DNA of 64,000 nucleotides from Octopus vulgaris (Eukaryota): positions 57,040,001 through 57,104,000 of the forward strand of contig OX597826.1 of the NCBI GenBank assembly GCA_951406725.2, given 5' to 3'. Below the pieces are notes generated by a model. It saw only the letters and a program-made list of their open reading frames with translations, was not told the DNA's origin and did no database searches. Position numbers and translations under genes: made by a program. Below, piece by piece: positions 52,989 through 64,000 of this stretch. Each line of letters begins with the position of its first letter. Position 1 is the stretch's first letter.

Positions 52989-53215
52989 TAACCCTTTCAT
53001 TACCAACCTGGCTGAAACCGGCTCTGGTTCTGAGTACAAATATCTTGTTTTCATAAGTTCTGAATTAAAATCTTCCACTAAACCTTATTCACAATTTATG
53101 TTCCTAACACTAGCTGAATGATAACCAAGTTAGTTTACTAAATTCTTTGTTATATTTAAAAGAATTGAAAGAAACACAGAGCATCTCAAAATAAATACAG
53201 TAACGAAAGGGTTAA
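52989..53215. mobile_element. piggyBac-type MITE
   Basis: TIRs ccctttcattac / gtaacgaaaggg with (g)taa and ttaa flanks; reverse complement of 59557-59785. Confidence 0.88.
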
Positions 53216-53799
53216 CAGATATAAACCTGCAGAGGTTTGAGTAAGACACCAACAATTTAATTTAGTAATCTTACTAGTCAAGAAGTGTCTGAGAGTGCTA
53301 CAGGCCTTGATTATTTTCTTCAGCAATGATTGTCTCATGAAACTAATTCTGAATTATCCAACGTAGCCTTAGATTAAATTTTAAGAAGGTAGGACATGAT
53401 TTAAAGGAAATCTGGTTGCTCTTTCTAGCAGGTCAGGCAACCACAAAGCAGTTCCTTTGTTGTTTCTGTATATAATTAGCATTCCACATAGTTATAATTT
53501 AACAGGATGTTGCATGTCAGTGAAAATATGCTGCGCTTGTATACTGAAACAATATAATCAGCAACTTTATGGCACCATAACAATATTTGGAGCAAAGTTG
53601 GTTTGTTGGAAAGCAGTGACAGATCATTAGCAGCAGGAGTAATAGCAGCAGGTGAAACATAAATTAAATTAAAGAGCTCTCGACCTGATCAGAGACATCT
53701 ACCTCAAATCACGAACTGCCACCTTATAAAGGACACTTTGGACAATGATTTCCACATTATAAATTGTAATACATTTGTATGGAATCTCTGATCTCTTAT

Positions 53800-54272
53800 T
53801 TCTTATTTGTTTCAAACATTAAAATGTGACCATGCTGGGGCACTCCCTTGGAGGGCTTTAGTCAAAGAAATCCACCCTTTACTTCCTTTTACATCTAGTA
53901 CTTATTCTATTGGTTTTTTTTTTTTTTTTTTGCTGAACTGTGAAGTTAAAAGGATGTAAACAAGCCAACACCAGTTGTCAACCAGTGAGAGGGACAAACA
54001 AACACAAACACAAACACCTAGATGCACACACACAGATGCACATGCACACACACACACAAACACATTCACACACACATATACATGCATGCACTCGCCGACA
54101 CAAACACATGCACACACACGTGGACACAATAGGCTTCTACACAATTTCCTCCTACCAAATTCACTCACAAGTGGTCATCTCAGAACTACATTAGAAGACA
54201 TTTGCCCAAGGTTCTGCAGAGTAGGACTGAACCCCGAACCACAAAGCAAGTTTCTTAACCTCACAGTCATAC
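53800..54272 (-). mobile_element. Old family A SINE
   Basis: ccatgctggggcact...ctagtacttattctat...ctaccaaattcactcacaag...tgcccaagg...ggactgaaccc. Confidence 0.75.
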
Positions 54273-54348
54273 TTGTGGCTAAACAAAACAAACAATACAA
54301 CTACCTCTACTGTAACCAGAGTTACTGTAATTTTGGATGATCCTGTAG

Positions 54349-54648
54349 CAACCAAAATGCAAATATATGGGAAACTACCACCTGTGTCATCTCTTGTGAA
54401 AGGTAGGAGAGTCCAGTTTGCTGGACATTGTTGTGGAGCTGAAAACGAGGCAATTTCTACTCTTCTCCTCTGGAAGTCATCTACTCACAATACCAGAGGG
54501 CGCACACTCTCCTACCCTGATGTAATCTCCAGTGATACAGGCATCCATTAACAGGACCTCCGTAATGCCATGATGGACCGTGAAGTCTGGCGTAGCATGG
54601 TAAATTCCATTGTCTCGACCACAGTCGAACAATGATGATGATGATGAT
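54349..54648 (+). mobile_element. RTE-clade LINE 3' end, second copy, with TSD
   Basis: Highly similar to the reverse complement of 33616-33910; premature TAA at ~54549; (tga)n tail; tgtagca duplicated at 54344-54350 and 54648-54654. Confidence 0.92.
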
Positions 54649-55267
54649 GTAGCAGTAGGTAAAGTTATTAATGAGCTATACATACAATATACTGTATGTA
54701 TTTTGAATAGTTAGTTTGGGCAGGAGTGAGTACAAGCCATGCTGTAAAGGCTAGAGTCGAAATTGTTTTGATGTGTGTGTATGTGTGCGCGTGCGGGTAA
54801 TAGAGACATGGGAACAACTTTTGTAACACTGTATGATGGGATGTTATTCTGATGAAACACAGGTTACATTGTATAGATTATAACTTAACCAGCTTCTGAA
54901 CTTCTTGGATGGTAACCATATGTGAGTTAATTTTTGTAATATGTGATACAGCTAGAGTAGATAGATATTCTTGAACATAAATAAGGCATGAGGCAGCAGA
55001 GATCATATTTTATATGCATGTAACTTAGATGCCTTGCCTCGTCTTGTAATGGTGACAGATAAGCTAGTCATGTAGGATCATGTGAGACAAGAATAAATAT
55101 GAGATATAGTAGATTGAGAGATATGTGGTAGACGGTGGATATCAAAGGATAAGTCAACTGCTTTACTATAAGATAGGAATATATATTTGATTTAGTTCCA
55201 TGATATAGATTGTTGTTTGGCCCTAGGTTGGCCTTGATCAAGTAGTCAAATAGAATCAAATTATTTC

Positions 55268-55529
55268 TGCCAGTGGCACGTAAAAAGCATCATCTGATTG
55301 TGACCGTTTGCCAGCCTTGTCTGGCACCTGTGCCAGTGGCACATAAAAGCACCCACTACACTCACGGAGTGGTTGGTGTTAGGAAGGGCATCCAGCCGTA
55401 GAAACATTGCCAGATCAGACTGAGCCTGGTGCAGCCTTCGGGCTTCCCAGACCCCAGTTGAACTGTCCAACCCATGCTAGCATGGAAAGCGGATGCTAAA
55501 TGATGATGATGATGATGATGATGATGATC
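55268..55529 (+). mobile_element. Family B retroposon, 5'-truncated
   Basis: Two unit ends plus conserved body and (GAT)n tail. Confidence 0.92.
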
Positions 55530-56799
55530 TGGGTTTTTTTACTCACAGATATGGTCTATCTAGGACTATATTATCTAATGTTCCTGTTTTTATTTTACAA
55601 TATTAGGGTTGTGAAATTTGAGGGAAATTTGGTTGTGATTTCTGACAGGTCAATTACCATGGAGGAGACACCCCTGTTGGCTCAATTCATTGTAGTATGT
55701 GATTTAGATGGAGTAGGTATACTGCATTTTAAAGGTAGTGAATCTGATGATACGGCAAACATGATATATCAAAGAATACAAAGACATCCTGTGTATATGG
55801 CAGTGATTTGTAAAATAAATAAATGGATAAATAAATAAAACAGTTGGTGTTTTATAACATGTGACACAGAATAGGTATGCGGCTTGTTAGTGACAGCAAT
55901 CACCACCACTAATACCATCACCATCGGTACGCTTGTTATCATAGAAGTGGGCTATTGTAGAGAAGTAAAAGTTCACCTGTTGAGCGGTAGTAGTAGTGAT
56001 GGAGTGGGAAGTAGAATTGGTACGTTTGGCTTACATCAACCAGAATAGATCAATTATATATATATAAAGACAACAACAAAAATGAAATGAAGCAGGAACT
56101 TTATCCTCAATAGACGACATTACAGCAAATATGATTGGCTGACAAGAACTAGTTCAGTCTCAAAGAGCTAGCTATCTACATACATACATGTATACAAAAT
56201 GCATAGAAACATATATATATATATATATATACATCTATATGTGTGTGGCCTACATGATTTATTTTTCTTTAGTTTGGGTTTAATTTGGTTCTTTTTATAG
56301 ACAAAACCACTGAGTATTCATTGAAGCAGAAAAATAGAAAACAATAGGTAAAAAATGCGAAGAAATTGTTCTTAGTATCTTCATGGATTTTGTTTTGTTT
56401 TTACCTTTTGTTTTACGTCGTTCTTTCTTTCCTGCTTTTTTTTGTTTTTGTTCTAGACAACTTCATTTTCAAACAGGAAGGAAAAGTAATGAAGGATTTA
56501 AGTTTTTGGTTGTATTTTTTATTTTTATTTCTTTATGCCTTCATTCAATTTGTAGTGAAGGAAAATGATGTTGAGCTGTAAATATCAGTAGTTGCACCCC
56601 CACCCCTAGCCCCCCACATATACGCAAACATTTATCTGAACACATATTTATACATATATATATATATATATACACACACATACATACATATGTACACATG
56701 CACTCTCATATCTATCTATGCTCCTCCCCCACTGATGTAGTATATATGAAGAGGAAATTGATCAAATCATACAACATATCCTCAGTTGTATGCAAAAAG

Positions 56800-56933
<134 letters not shown>

Positions 56934-57430
56934 AAGATTGATAGATATTGAGAAAGGAGGAAAGAGTTATTTAGGAACAATAAAGGAGGGAGAAAGAGCG
57001 AATATGTTTGTGTGTTATATTAATTGCATGGCTGGTTGTGTGTGGCTATATAAGTTTGTACCTACATGCAAGTTATACTTTAAATCCATCTGTGTATATG
57101 CACGCATGTGCATGCGTACATACATATATGCATTCATATGTGTGTATGTGTGTGTGTAATGTGAGTGTATATATAGTAATAAAACTTGTTTTGAAGTATG
57201 TGTTAGTATTTTTGCTAGTAATTCTAACACACACACACACACACATGCGCACACATATCTGCAAAAAAAGTTCAATGATCGTAATATCAGTTGCTGTCAT
57301 GCTTCACTGTAATCTGGTTGTTTGCTACGCAGTGAGATTAACATTACATATAACTTAATTATGAACACTTTTGACATCTAAAACCAACTTGCAAAGATTT
57401 ATAAAGATTATATATATATATATATAATCT

Positions 57431-57553
<123 letters not shown>

Positions 57554-59269
57554 TCTGTCTGACTATCTATCTATCTATTATATAGAGAGAGATAGTCAGA
57601 CAGACAGACAAATAGGTATGTGATATATATATATATATATATACATACACATACACACATTATTACTATCAGGTTACCAACTCACCCTCATTGAATAGGG
57701 GTAAATTCTTAGAAACATGGCAAGAGAGTTGATTGGTAATCTCAAGGGAATGTAACCAGAAACTAAATGCAGAAAAAAAAAAAAATGAAAAAAAAGAAAT
57801 AAAGCTAAAAGAGAATCTATGATGTATAAAAAAAAAATAAAAGGAAGAGAATATATAAGGACAGTTTTCGGTGTTTCTTCAAATCAAAAAAGGGCATAGA
57901 TTACTGGAACCATTCAAGCTAGTCTGATGCTGTAGTAACTTATTGACAAGTCTGACAGGTTTCTTTTAGCCGAACAATTGCTGTTGTCTTCTTCTTTGTC
58001 TTGGTATAGAGGATGTAATGTTGGTACATTGGTTGGCTTGTGGTCAAGCATTGAAAAGTTGACAGCTCTCTGACATTTTTTTTTTTGCCGTCTTGGAAAC
58101 CAGCTATCAAAGTATATTTTGGAGCAGTGCTCCCTATTTCTGTTTTCTGACCCTTAAAACTAGCTTTCTCGAAACAATGGTGAAATTTATATATAATCAA
58201 TTTACCTTCCATATTAACAGCAATATCAGTAAAAATAACTTTATATTTGCAACATTGCTACTACTTCTCTAACAAAAATAGCCCAATATATTAACACTGA
58301 TGCATTCAACTATACAAAACTGGAAATACGTATAAATGAAACAAAATAATGACCATCACTCCTATTATTATCATTATTATCATTATTATTGTCATGCTCA
58401 TCATTAGACTGGGAAGGAAGGAATAATTTGAAATCCTTTATAGGTGCTGTCAGAATTTTAGGTTGCCATATCACAGATAAGCATACAGGGTGGTAAAACA
58501 ACAAGCAACTGACATGAAATGAATTCAGAAGCAAAGTGACCTTCTCTTCGAATTGTCAAAACCACAGTTAATAAGAAGATGATTGTACAGGCTGCTGCAA
58601 TATTTTTCTAGGGAAAGCAAATATTGTCAGGTTTCTAGAGATTTTTTTTTCTTTTTCCATTTTCTTTTCTTTTGAACCTTATTAACAGCATAAAATGACA
58701 TTTTCTCATTCTTCATATCTGAAGACCATGACAAGGAGAAACAGTTTTGATAGTTAGAAAGAAAGTAATTTTCCACGTGGTTGACAAAAAGACACTTTCT
58801 ACTAAGGTGAGTAATTGCAACCAGATATCAAACAGAGTTTGAGTTATCCCTGACAATAATTCAGAAATCAGTATTTTTATAGAGTCAAGTTTCAGGAAGC
58901 AACACACTGCTAATGTCAAAATGTTTTTAATACCAGAAGTGAAATATTATTTATTTAAAACAAAGACATTTTTAACTACAGTAGGCGACTATATATGAAC
59001 TACTTTTGACAATATACTAATGTCAATATTTATTGTAACACATCTAATTGCATCGATAACCAGCTAGAGGAGACATCTCTCTATTCTAATACAATTATCA
59101 TTGTTGCAGTTGAGAATTATTTTATATAACCTTGTAACAGTTTAGAAGAAAGCACACAGCTAGATATATGTTAATGGTGTAAGATTTAGTGTTCATGTAA
59201 AAGACAATACATATTACTAAATGTTGATAGCATACTAGCTATCAAAGAGGTATTTATCTGATGAGGTAT

Positions 59270-59915
59270 TCACTAAAATTAATTAATCTACACAAAATAA
59301 AAATATCAACTAGAATTAATCTACAGTAGATATACTAAGCTACCCAATTAGAATTAATTAATCTACTTGAAACATACTAGGTTATCCGACTAAAATTAGC
59401 TAAACTAAAGAAAACATACTAAGTTATCTAATTAAAATGAGTTGATTTATAAAAAAATATACTAGATTATCAAATTAGAATTACCTAATTTTTTGATTAT
59501 CAATTCAAAATTACTTAGTCTTCATAAAACAAACTAGGCTATTCAACTAAAATTATTTAACCCTTTTATTACCGTATTTATTTTGAGATGCTCTGTGTTT
59601 CTTTCAATTATTTTAGATATAACAAAGAATTTAGTAAAATAACTTAGTTACCATTAAGCTAGTGTTATGAACATAAATTGTGACTAAAGTTTGGTGGAAG
59701 ATTTTATTTCAAAACTTAAGAAAACAAGACATTTGTACTACAGAGCCAGAGGCGGTTTTGGCTGGGTTGGTAATGAAAGGGTTAATCTACACAAAACATA
59801 CTTGGTTATCAACTAGAATTAATCAACAGAAAATAAAGAGGTCATCTAGCTGAAAATAGTCTACACAAAAAATACTAAGTTATTCAACTAAAATTACTTG
59901 ATCTACAGAAAATAT
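59270..59915. repeat. Degenerate ~40-bp minisatellite interrupted by a MITE
   Basis: Unit approximately ctaaaattaattaatctacacaaaacatactaggttatcaa, repeated on both sides of 59557-59785. Confidence 0.8.
59557..59785. mobile_element. piggyBac-type MITE with TTAA duplication
   Basis: ttaa-cccttttattacc...ggtaatgaaaggg-ttaa; removing it restores an intact minisatellite unit. Confidence 0.92.
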
Positions 59916-61329
59916 AATAGGGAGATTTAACAATAAGCCAGACAACAAAGACAATGCCTCAGCACCCTGAAATGAACTTGAACCTGTCTGCAACAGCATC
60001 TGCATCGTAGTTCCTGGAATACATTAAATGTGCATTTTTAGTATTTTACTGTTTACTACTTAATAAACTTAAATTACTTGCTAAAGTGATGTGATCCCGT
60101 TTAATTGCAATCAATTGTCTTCTGTCACAGAGCTATCATGCCATCTTCAACTAACACCTGGGTTTTCCTAATTCTGAATAATGAGCATTAAAACACGGCA
60201 ATATATTGTGTTAAAGTCCAATTCATAGAGGAAAAGAACAGCCTGTCCTTACAAGTGTTGCAGCCATCTTGAGAGAAATAATGCCAGGGGAAAAAATACA
60301 ATAGGAATACAAAATATAAAAAACAAAACAGAAAAATTGAAAAATAAGAACATCAAAGTTCTTTATAACCTCACAACACAATTAAACTCCAAGTGTGTAC
60401 TTTAACATGAAGAAGAACAACAAAACTTGCCATATTGAGTTCTCCAACAGAAGACAACTGGTAGAAAGATAACACCATAAAATCAGATGAAATCCATCTC
60501 CATCTGCAGCCAACAATTTTAATTGCAAATATATTCCCATAGTCCACAGCCCAATAAGAGCACTTTACCATTGCTGTATTCACGCTTGGTAAATTCCATA
60601 AGGAGAGGTGTCACTTCAAACTTGCAGATAATTGCAATTAAATGGTGGTAAAGGCATTTTGATAATTCACCATGCAGATAAGGAAGTGAGATACTGACAG
60701 AGCTGATGCCAGTGACATAATGAACCATGGTAAAAGTATTGACAAGGAAACAAGAAATAAATTTCAAAACTACATTAATATACACAGATAACATGGCTGC
60801 TTCCAAAGATGGCATGCTTGATTAAATTGCACCCAAATTTCTAAATTATGCTTGACATAAACAGCTTTTGTAAAATTTTTCCAATTCGTAAAAGCAAAAA
60901 CAAACCAGAAATGATTGGAGAATTCTTTGGTTTCTATATAAAAAAAGAAAGAAATTATGATAGTTTAATGGAGTAACTTGTCACAGATAAAAATCTTGGG
61001 AAAATGTCTTTCCTATTTTATTTCTACTTTTTTTTTTTTTTTCTTGGTTTCTTATTTTTCTAAGGAAAAACAGTAAATGTTGAAGAGGGTTCCTTGATTA
61101 TTGATATTTTGGTGAAGACAACAAAACATTTTGTAGAGCTATGATCAATTAAGTAAAAGATGTATTTCTTTTACACTATTATAGAGATAACATGCCTGCA
61201 CACACATACACACACACAAACATGCATGCCCATAGATACACACACACATACACACACACACACACACAATACAGGATGTTATTTTTGTTTGATAATTTGG
61301 TTTGATCATTTATTTGAATATTTTGAGAA

Positions 61330-61343
61330 GTTACCATGACAAC
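61330..61343. promoter_or_regulatory. RFX X-box-like motif
   Basis: gttaccatgacaac (reverse complement GTTGTCATGGTAAC) is close to the GTTRCCATGGYAAC consensus; lies in non-repetitive sequence. Function untested. Confidence 0.3.
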
Positions 61344-62062
61344 AAATGTTCACGGTGGCCCAAATCATCATTATTTACAATATTTCGTTGACAGCAGATA
61401 TCTTTTGATAGGTTATCACTGTTTCTTGTAGGTGGAGTGTTAAGGGGGCATAGAAGTTACAGATGCTGCAATAAGAAGGAACAACACTTTTGAGCTCATA
61501 TTGTGTGTGTGTAAGAGAGGGAGAGAGAGTTAGGGATAATGACCATATAGAAGGTAACAAAAGTTGAAGCTAATTTGTACTTCAGATTAGACAACAGTTT
61601 CCACTCATGTTCTTACCTTACAAACGAGTTTTATAACATACTTGGAACAAAGGTATATAGATAAAATCCAATGGAGACACATATATATTGTCTCATCGAA
61701 TTAACTAATTAATTAATTAATATAGAGAGAATCTAATACTGAATTATAATGTGTATTCTGAAGATGCATGTTGCAAGTGTGTGTATATATATTACTATAT
61801 ATACATATATATGTGTGTGTGTAGCTAGATAGATAGAGATATCTATTTAGTGTTGACAGTTGGGAAACAAAGTACTCAACACCATCATAGAGTTTAATAA
61901 TATATTTTATCACTTTATTTTGGTTGATTCAGTCTCTTATTACTCGGAATTTCACTTGGGTGGTGGATAGGGTCTTCAGACAAGTCATGAGTCATAATTT
62001 GCCCCTGAAGACCAAGTGCACCCACAAGTGCACCCACAGAGTAGCAAGAGACTGGCTCAAGC

Positions 62063-62100
<38 letters not shown>

Positions 62101-62260
62101 GGAAAATAGATGACAAAGAGAAAACAATGGTTATGTTATGAACTTCATTAGCTTACAGCTGTTTCAGCTATAAAATGCAGTGGACTGTTATATCAGAAAC
62201 AGCTGTAAGCTACTGAAGTTCACAACATAACCATTGTCTTTCCTGCATCATCTCTTTTCT
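62101..62260. repeat. Hairpin: 42-bp near-perfect inverted arms (extending imperfectly to ~65 bp), 30-nt spacer
   Basis: 62124-62165 pairs with 62196-62237 with 2 mismatches; each arm contains GAAAC-AGCT-GTA. Confidence 0.9.
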
Positions 62261-62353
62261 TATTACTTCTCTATACTCATCTAACACTTTGTTCAGAAAC
62301 ATATGTATAGTGAGTTCTACACCAGGTTATTACTCTCACAATGCCCATGTGAA

Positions 62354-62519
62354 GGCACGTAAAAAGCACCCACAACACTCACGGAGTGGTTGGCGTTAGG
62401 AAGGGCATCCAGCTGTAGAAACACTGCCAGATCAAACTGGAGCCTGGTGCAGCCTCCTGGCTTCCCAGACCCCGGTCGAACCGTCCAGCCTTTGCTAGCA
62501 CGGAAAACAGACGTTAAAC

Positions 62520-62552
<33 letters not shown>
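62354..62552 (+). mobile_element. Family B retroposon, 5'-truncated
   Basis: ggcacgtaaaaagcacccac...gacgttaaac(gat)n. Confidence 0.92.
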
Positions 62553-62564
62553 ATATATATATCA

Positions 62565-62743
62565 CTAGCCACTACACATTCTTCATTTTCTCGCCTTATT
62601 TTCTTTCTGTGTTCCTTTCTGTGGAAGAGCACAGGCTTGAAACGTTAAAGACTTTTTCACTTCCAGCGTGTTATACTAATACATCTGTTTATTGCCTACA
62701 CCACCGGTCTTTGTCATTTGTTATTTTTGTGAATTCTCTCCCT
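62565..62743 (+). mobile_element. Short (TA)n-embedded element with decayed minimal hammerhead-like motif (Penelope-like remnant)
   Basis: ctgtgga-ag-agc-acag-gct-t-GAAAC-GTT at ~62619-62646, the same architecture as 25687-25713 but a different body. Confidence 0.6.
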
Positions 62744-62766
62744 ATATACATATATTTACATACGCA

Positions 62767-62821
<55 letters not shown>

Positions 62822-63460
62822 TCATACATATATACATATATATATATACATGCATACATTCATGCATGCAGGCGCTCACACACACACATACACAAATATA
62901 TACATAAATTAACACATGAATCCTAAAATAAAGGATAAAGGGCATTTAATATATTTCATTTGCATGATTTTAAACGGCTATATATCATCAGTTTGTTGGT
63001 TTTTGTATTTGGTATTTGTTTTGAGCCATAATTTAATGCAGATATATGTGGCTGTCATGAAAATAATTTACAATTTTATCCAATAAACTTTGTAAAAAAA
63101 GCAAAAAAAAAACAACAAAAAAATCTAACAATTCAACAAAGTTTCCCTTATATGGTATGTGGTTTTGTGGGATTATATTTGATGATATTAGATATATACA
63201 TATACTAGGCTTTATGCATATTCTTTTAAGTAGATGTTGAACACTTAACTATTTTCACTCAGAGAACAATAAAAAGTATGCACACACAATATATGAAGTG
63301 TGTTCAAAAATTCCTCCCCAGCAGAAGTAACTCCTTATGGAAATTGCTCAGGACATGTTAGAATGGGAAAAACATGACCCAGGAGATAAAAAAAAATTAT
63401 CAAATTTACCCCAAACATCATATATATATGTACATTATATATATATATATATATATACAA

Positions 63461-63828
63461 AGGTGCAGGAGTGGCTGTGTGGTAAGTAGCTTGTTTACCA
63501 ACCACATGGTTCCGGGTTCAGTCCCACTGCATGGCACCTTGGGCAAGTGTCTCCTACTATAGCCTCGGGCCGACCAAAGCTTTGTGAGTAGACAGAAACT
63601 GAAAGAAACCCGTCGTATATATATATATATATATGTATGTGTGCGTGTATGTTTGTGTGTCTGTTTGTCCCATCCAACATCGCTTGACAACCGATGCTGG
63701 TGTGTTTATGTCCCCGTTACTTAGCGGTTCGGCAAAAGAGACCGATAGAATAAGTACTGGGCTTACAAAGAATAAATCTCAGGGTTGATTTGCTTGACTA
63801 AAGGCGGTGCTCCAGCATGGCCGCAGTC
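63461..63828 (+). mobile_element. Family A SINE, 9-bp internal deletion, 3' tail missing
   Basis: Colinear with 6370-6740; stops at ggccgcagtc. Confidence 0.93.
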
Positions 63829-63829
63829 C

Positions 63830-64000
63830 TGCTAGGGGGACAAACACAGACACACAAACATATACACACATACACATACATATATATATATACATATATA
63901 CAACAGGCTTCTTTAAGTTTCCATCTACCAAATCCACTCACAAGGCATTGGTTAGCCCGAGGCTATAGCAGAAGACACTTGCCCAAGATGCCATGCAGTG
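63830..64000 (-). mobile_element. Family A SINE 5' half, inverted and fused to the preceding copy (runs off window)
   Basis: tgctagggggacaaacacag...ctaccaaatccactcacaagg...cacttgcccaagatgccatgcagtg. Confidence 0.9.

Noticed and set aside
57940-58212. 90-aa complex ORF on the minus strand
   Set aside because: No recognisable motif, it crosses a homopolymer run, and there are no convincing splice signals.

Overview
AT-rich, microsatellite-saturated animal genomic DNA. The repeat repertoire (tRNA/CORE-type SINEs, RTE LINE ends with (TGA)n tails, dense (TA)n/(TG)n/(GA)n/(TATG)n arrays) strongly suggests an octopus or other coleoid cephalopod; this is inference, no search was run. There is no intact host CDS, rRNA, real tRNA or CRISPR array, and nearly all ORFs in the supplied track are microsatellite or SINE translation artefacts. 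The window reads as a large intron or intergenic region containing at least five short interspersed families (labelled A, B, C, D, F here). It also holds 3' fragments of RTE, HERO-like and CR1/Jockey-group LINEs, piggyBac-, Tc1/mariner- and hAT-type MITEs, and two degenerate minisatellites. The most unusual signal is a set of five mutually dissimilar elements carrying whole, partial or decayed minimal hammerhead-ribozyme-like cores of the Penelope-like type. One sits in the loop of a ~600-bp foldback, one forms a near-perfect hairpin, and one is a tandem array of decayed cores. Weaker signals are a series of plus-strand splice sites (including a possible recursive AG|GT site and micro-exons), a plus-strand bias of young family-B copies, inverted SINE pairs that could be ADAR substrates, and SINE module swapping. 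I cannot show from sequence alone that any of this is a new functional system.
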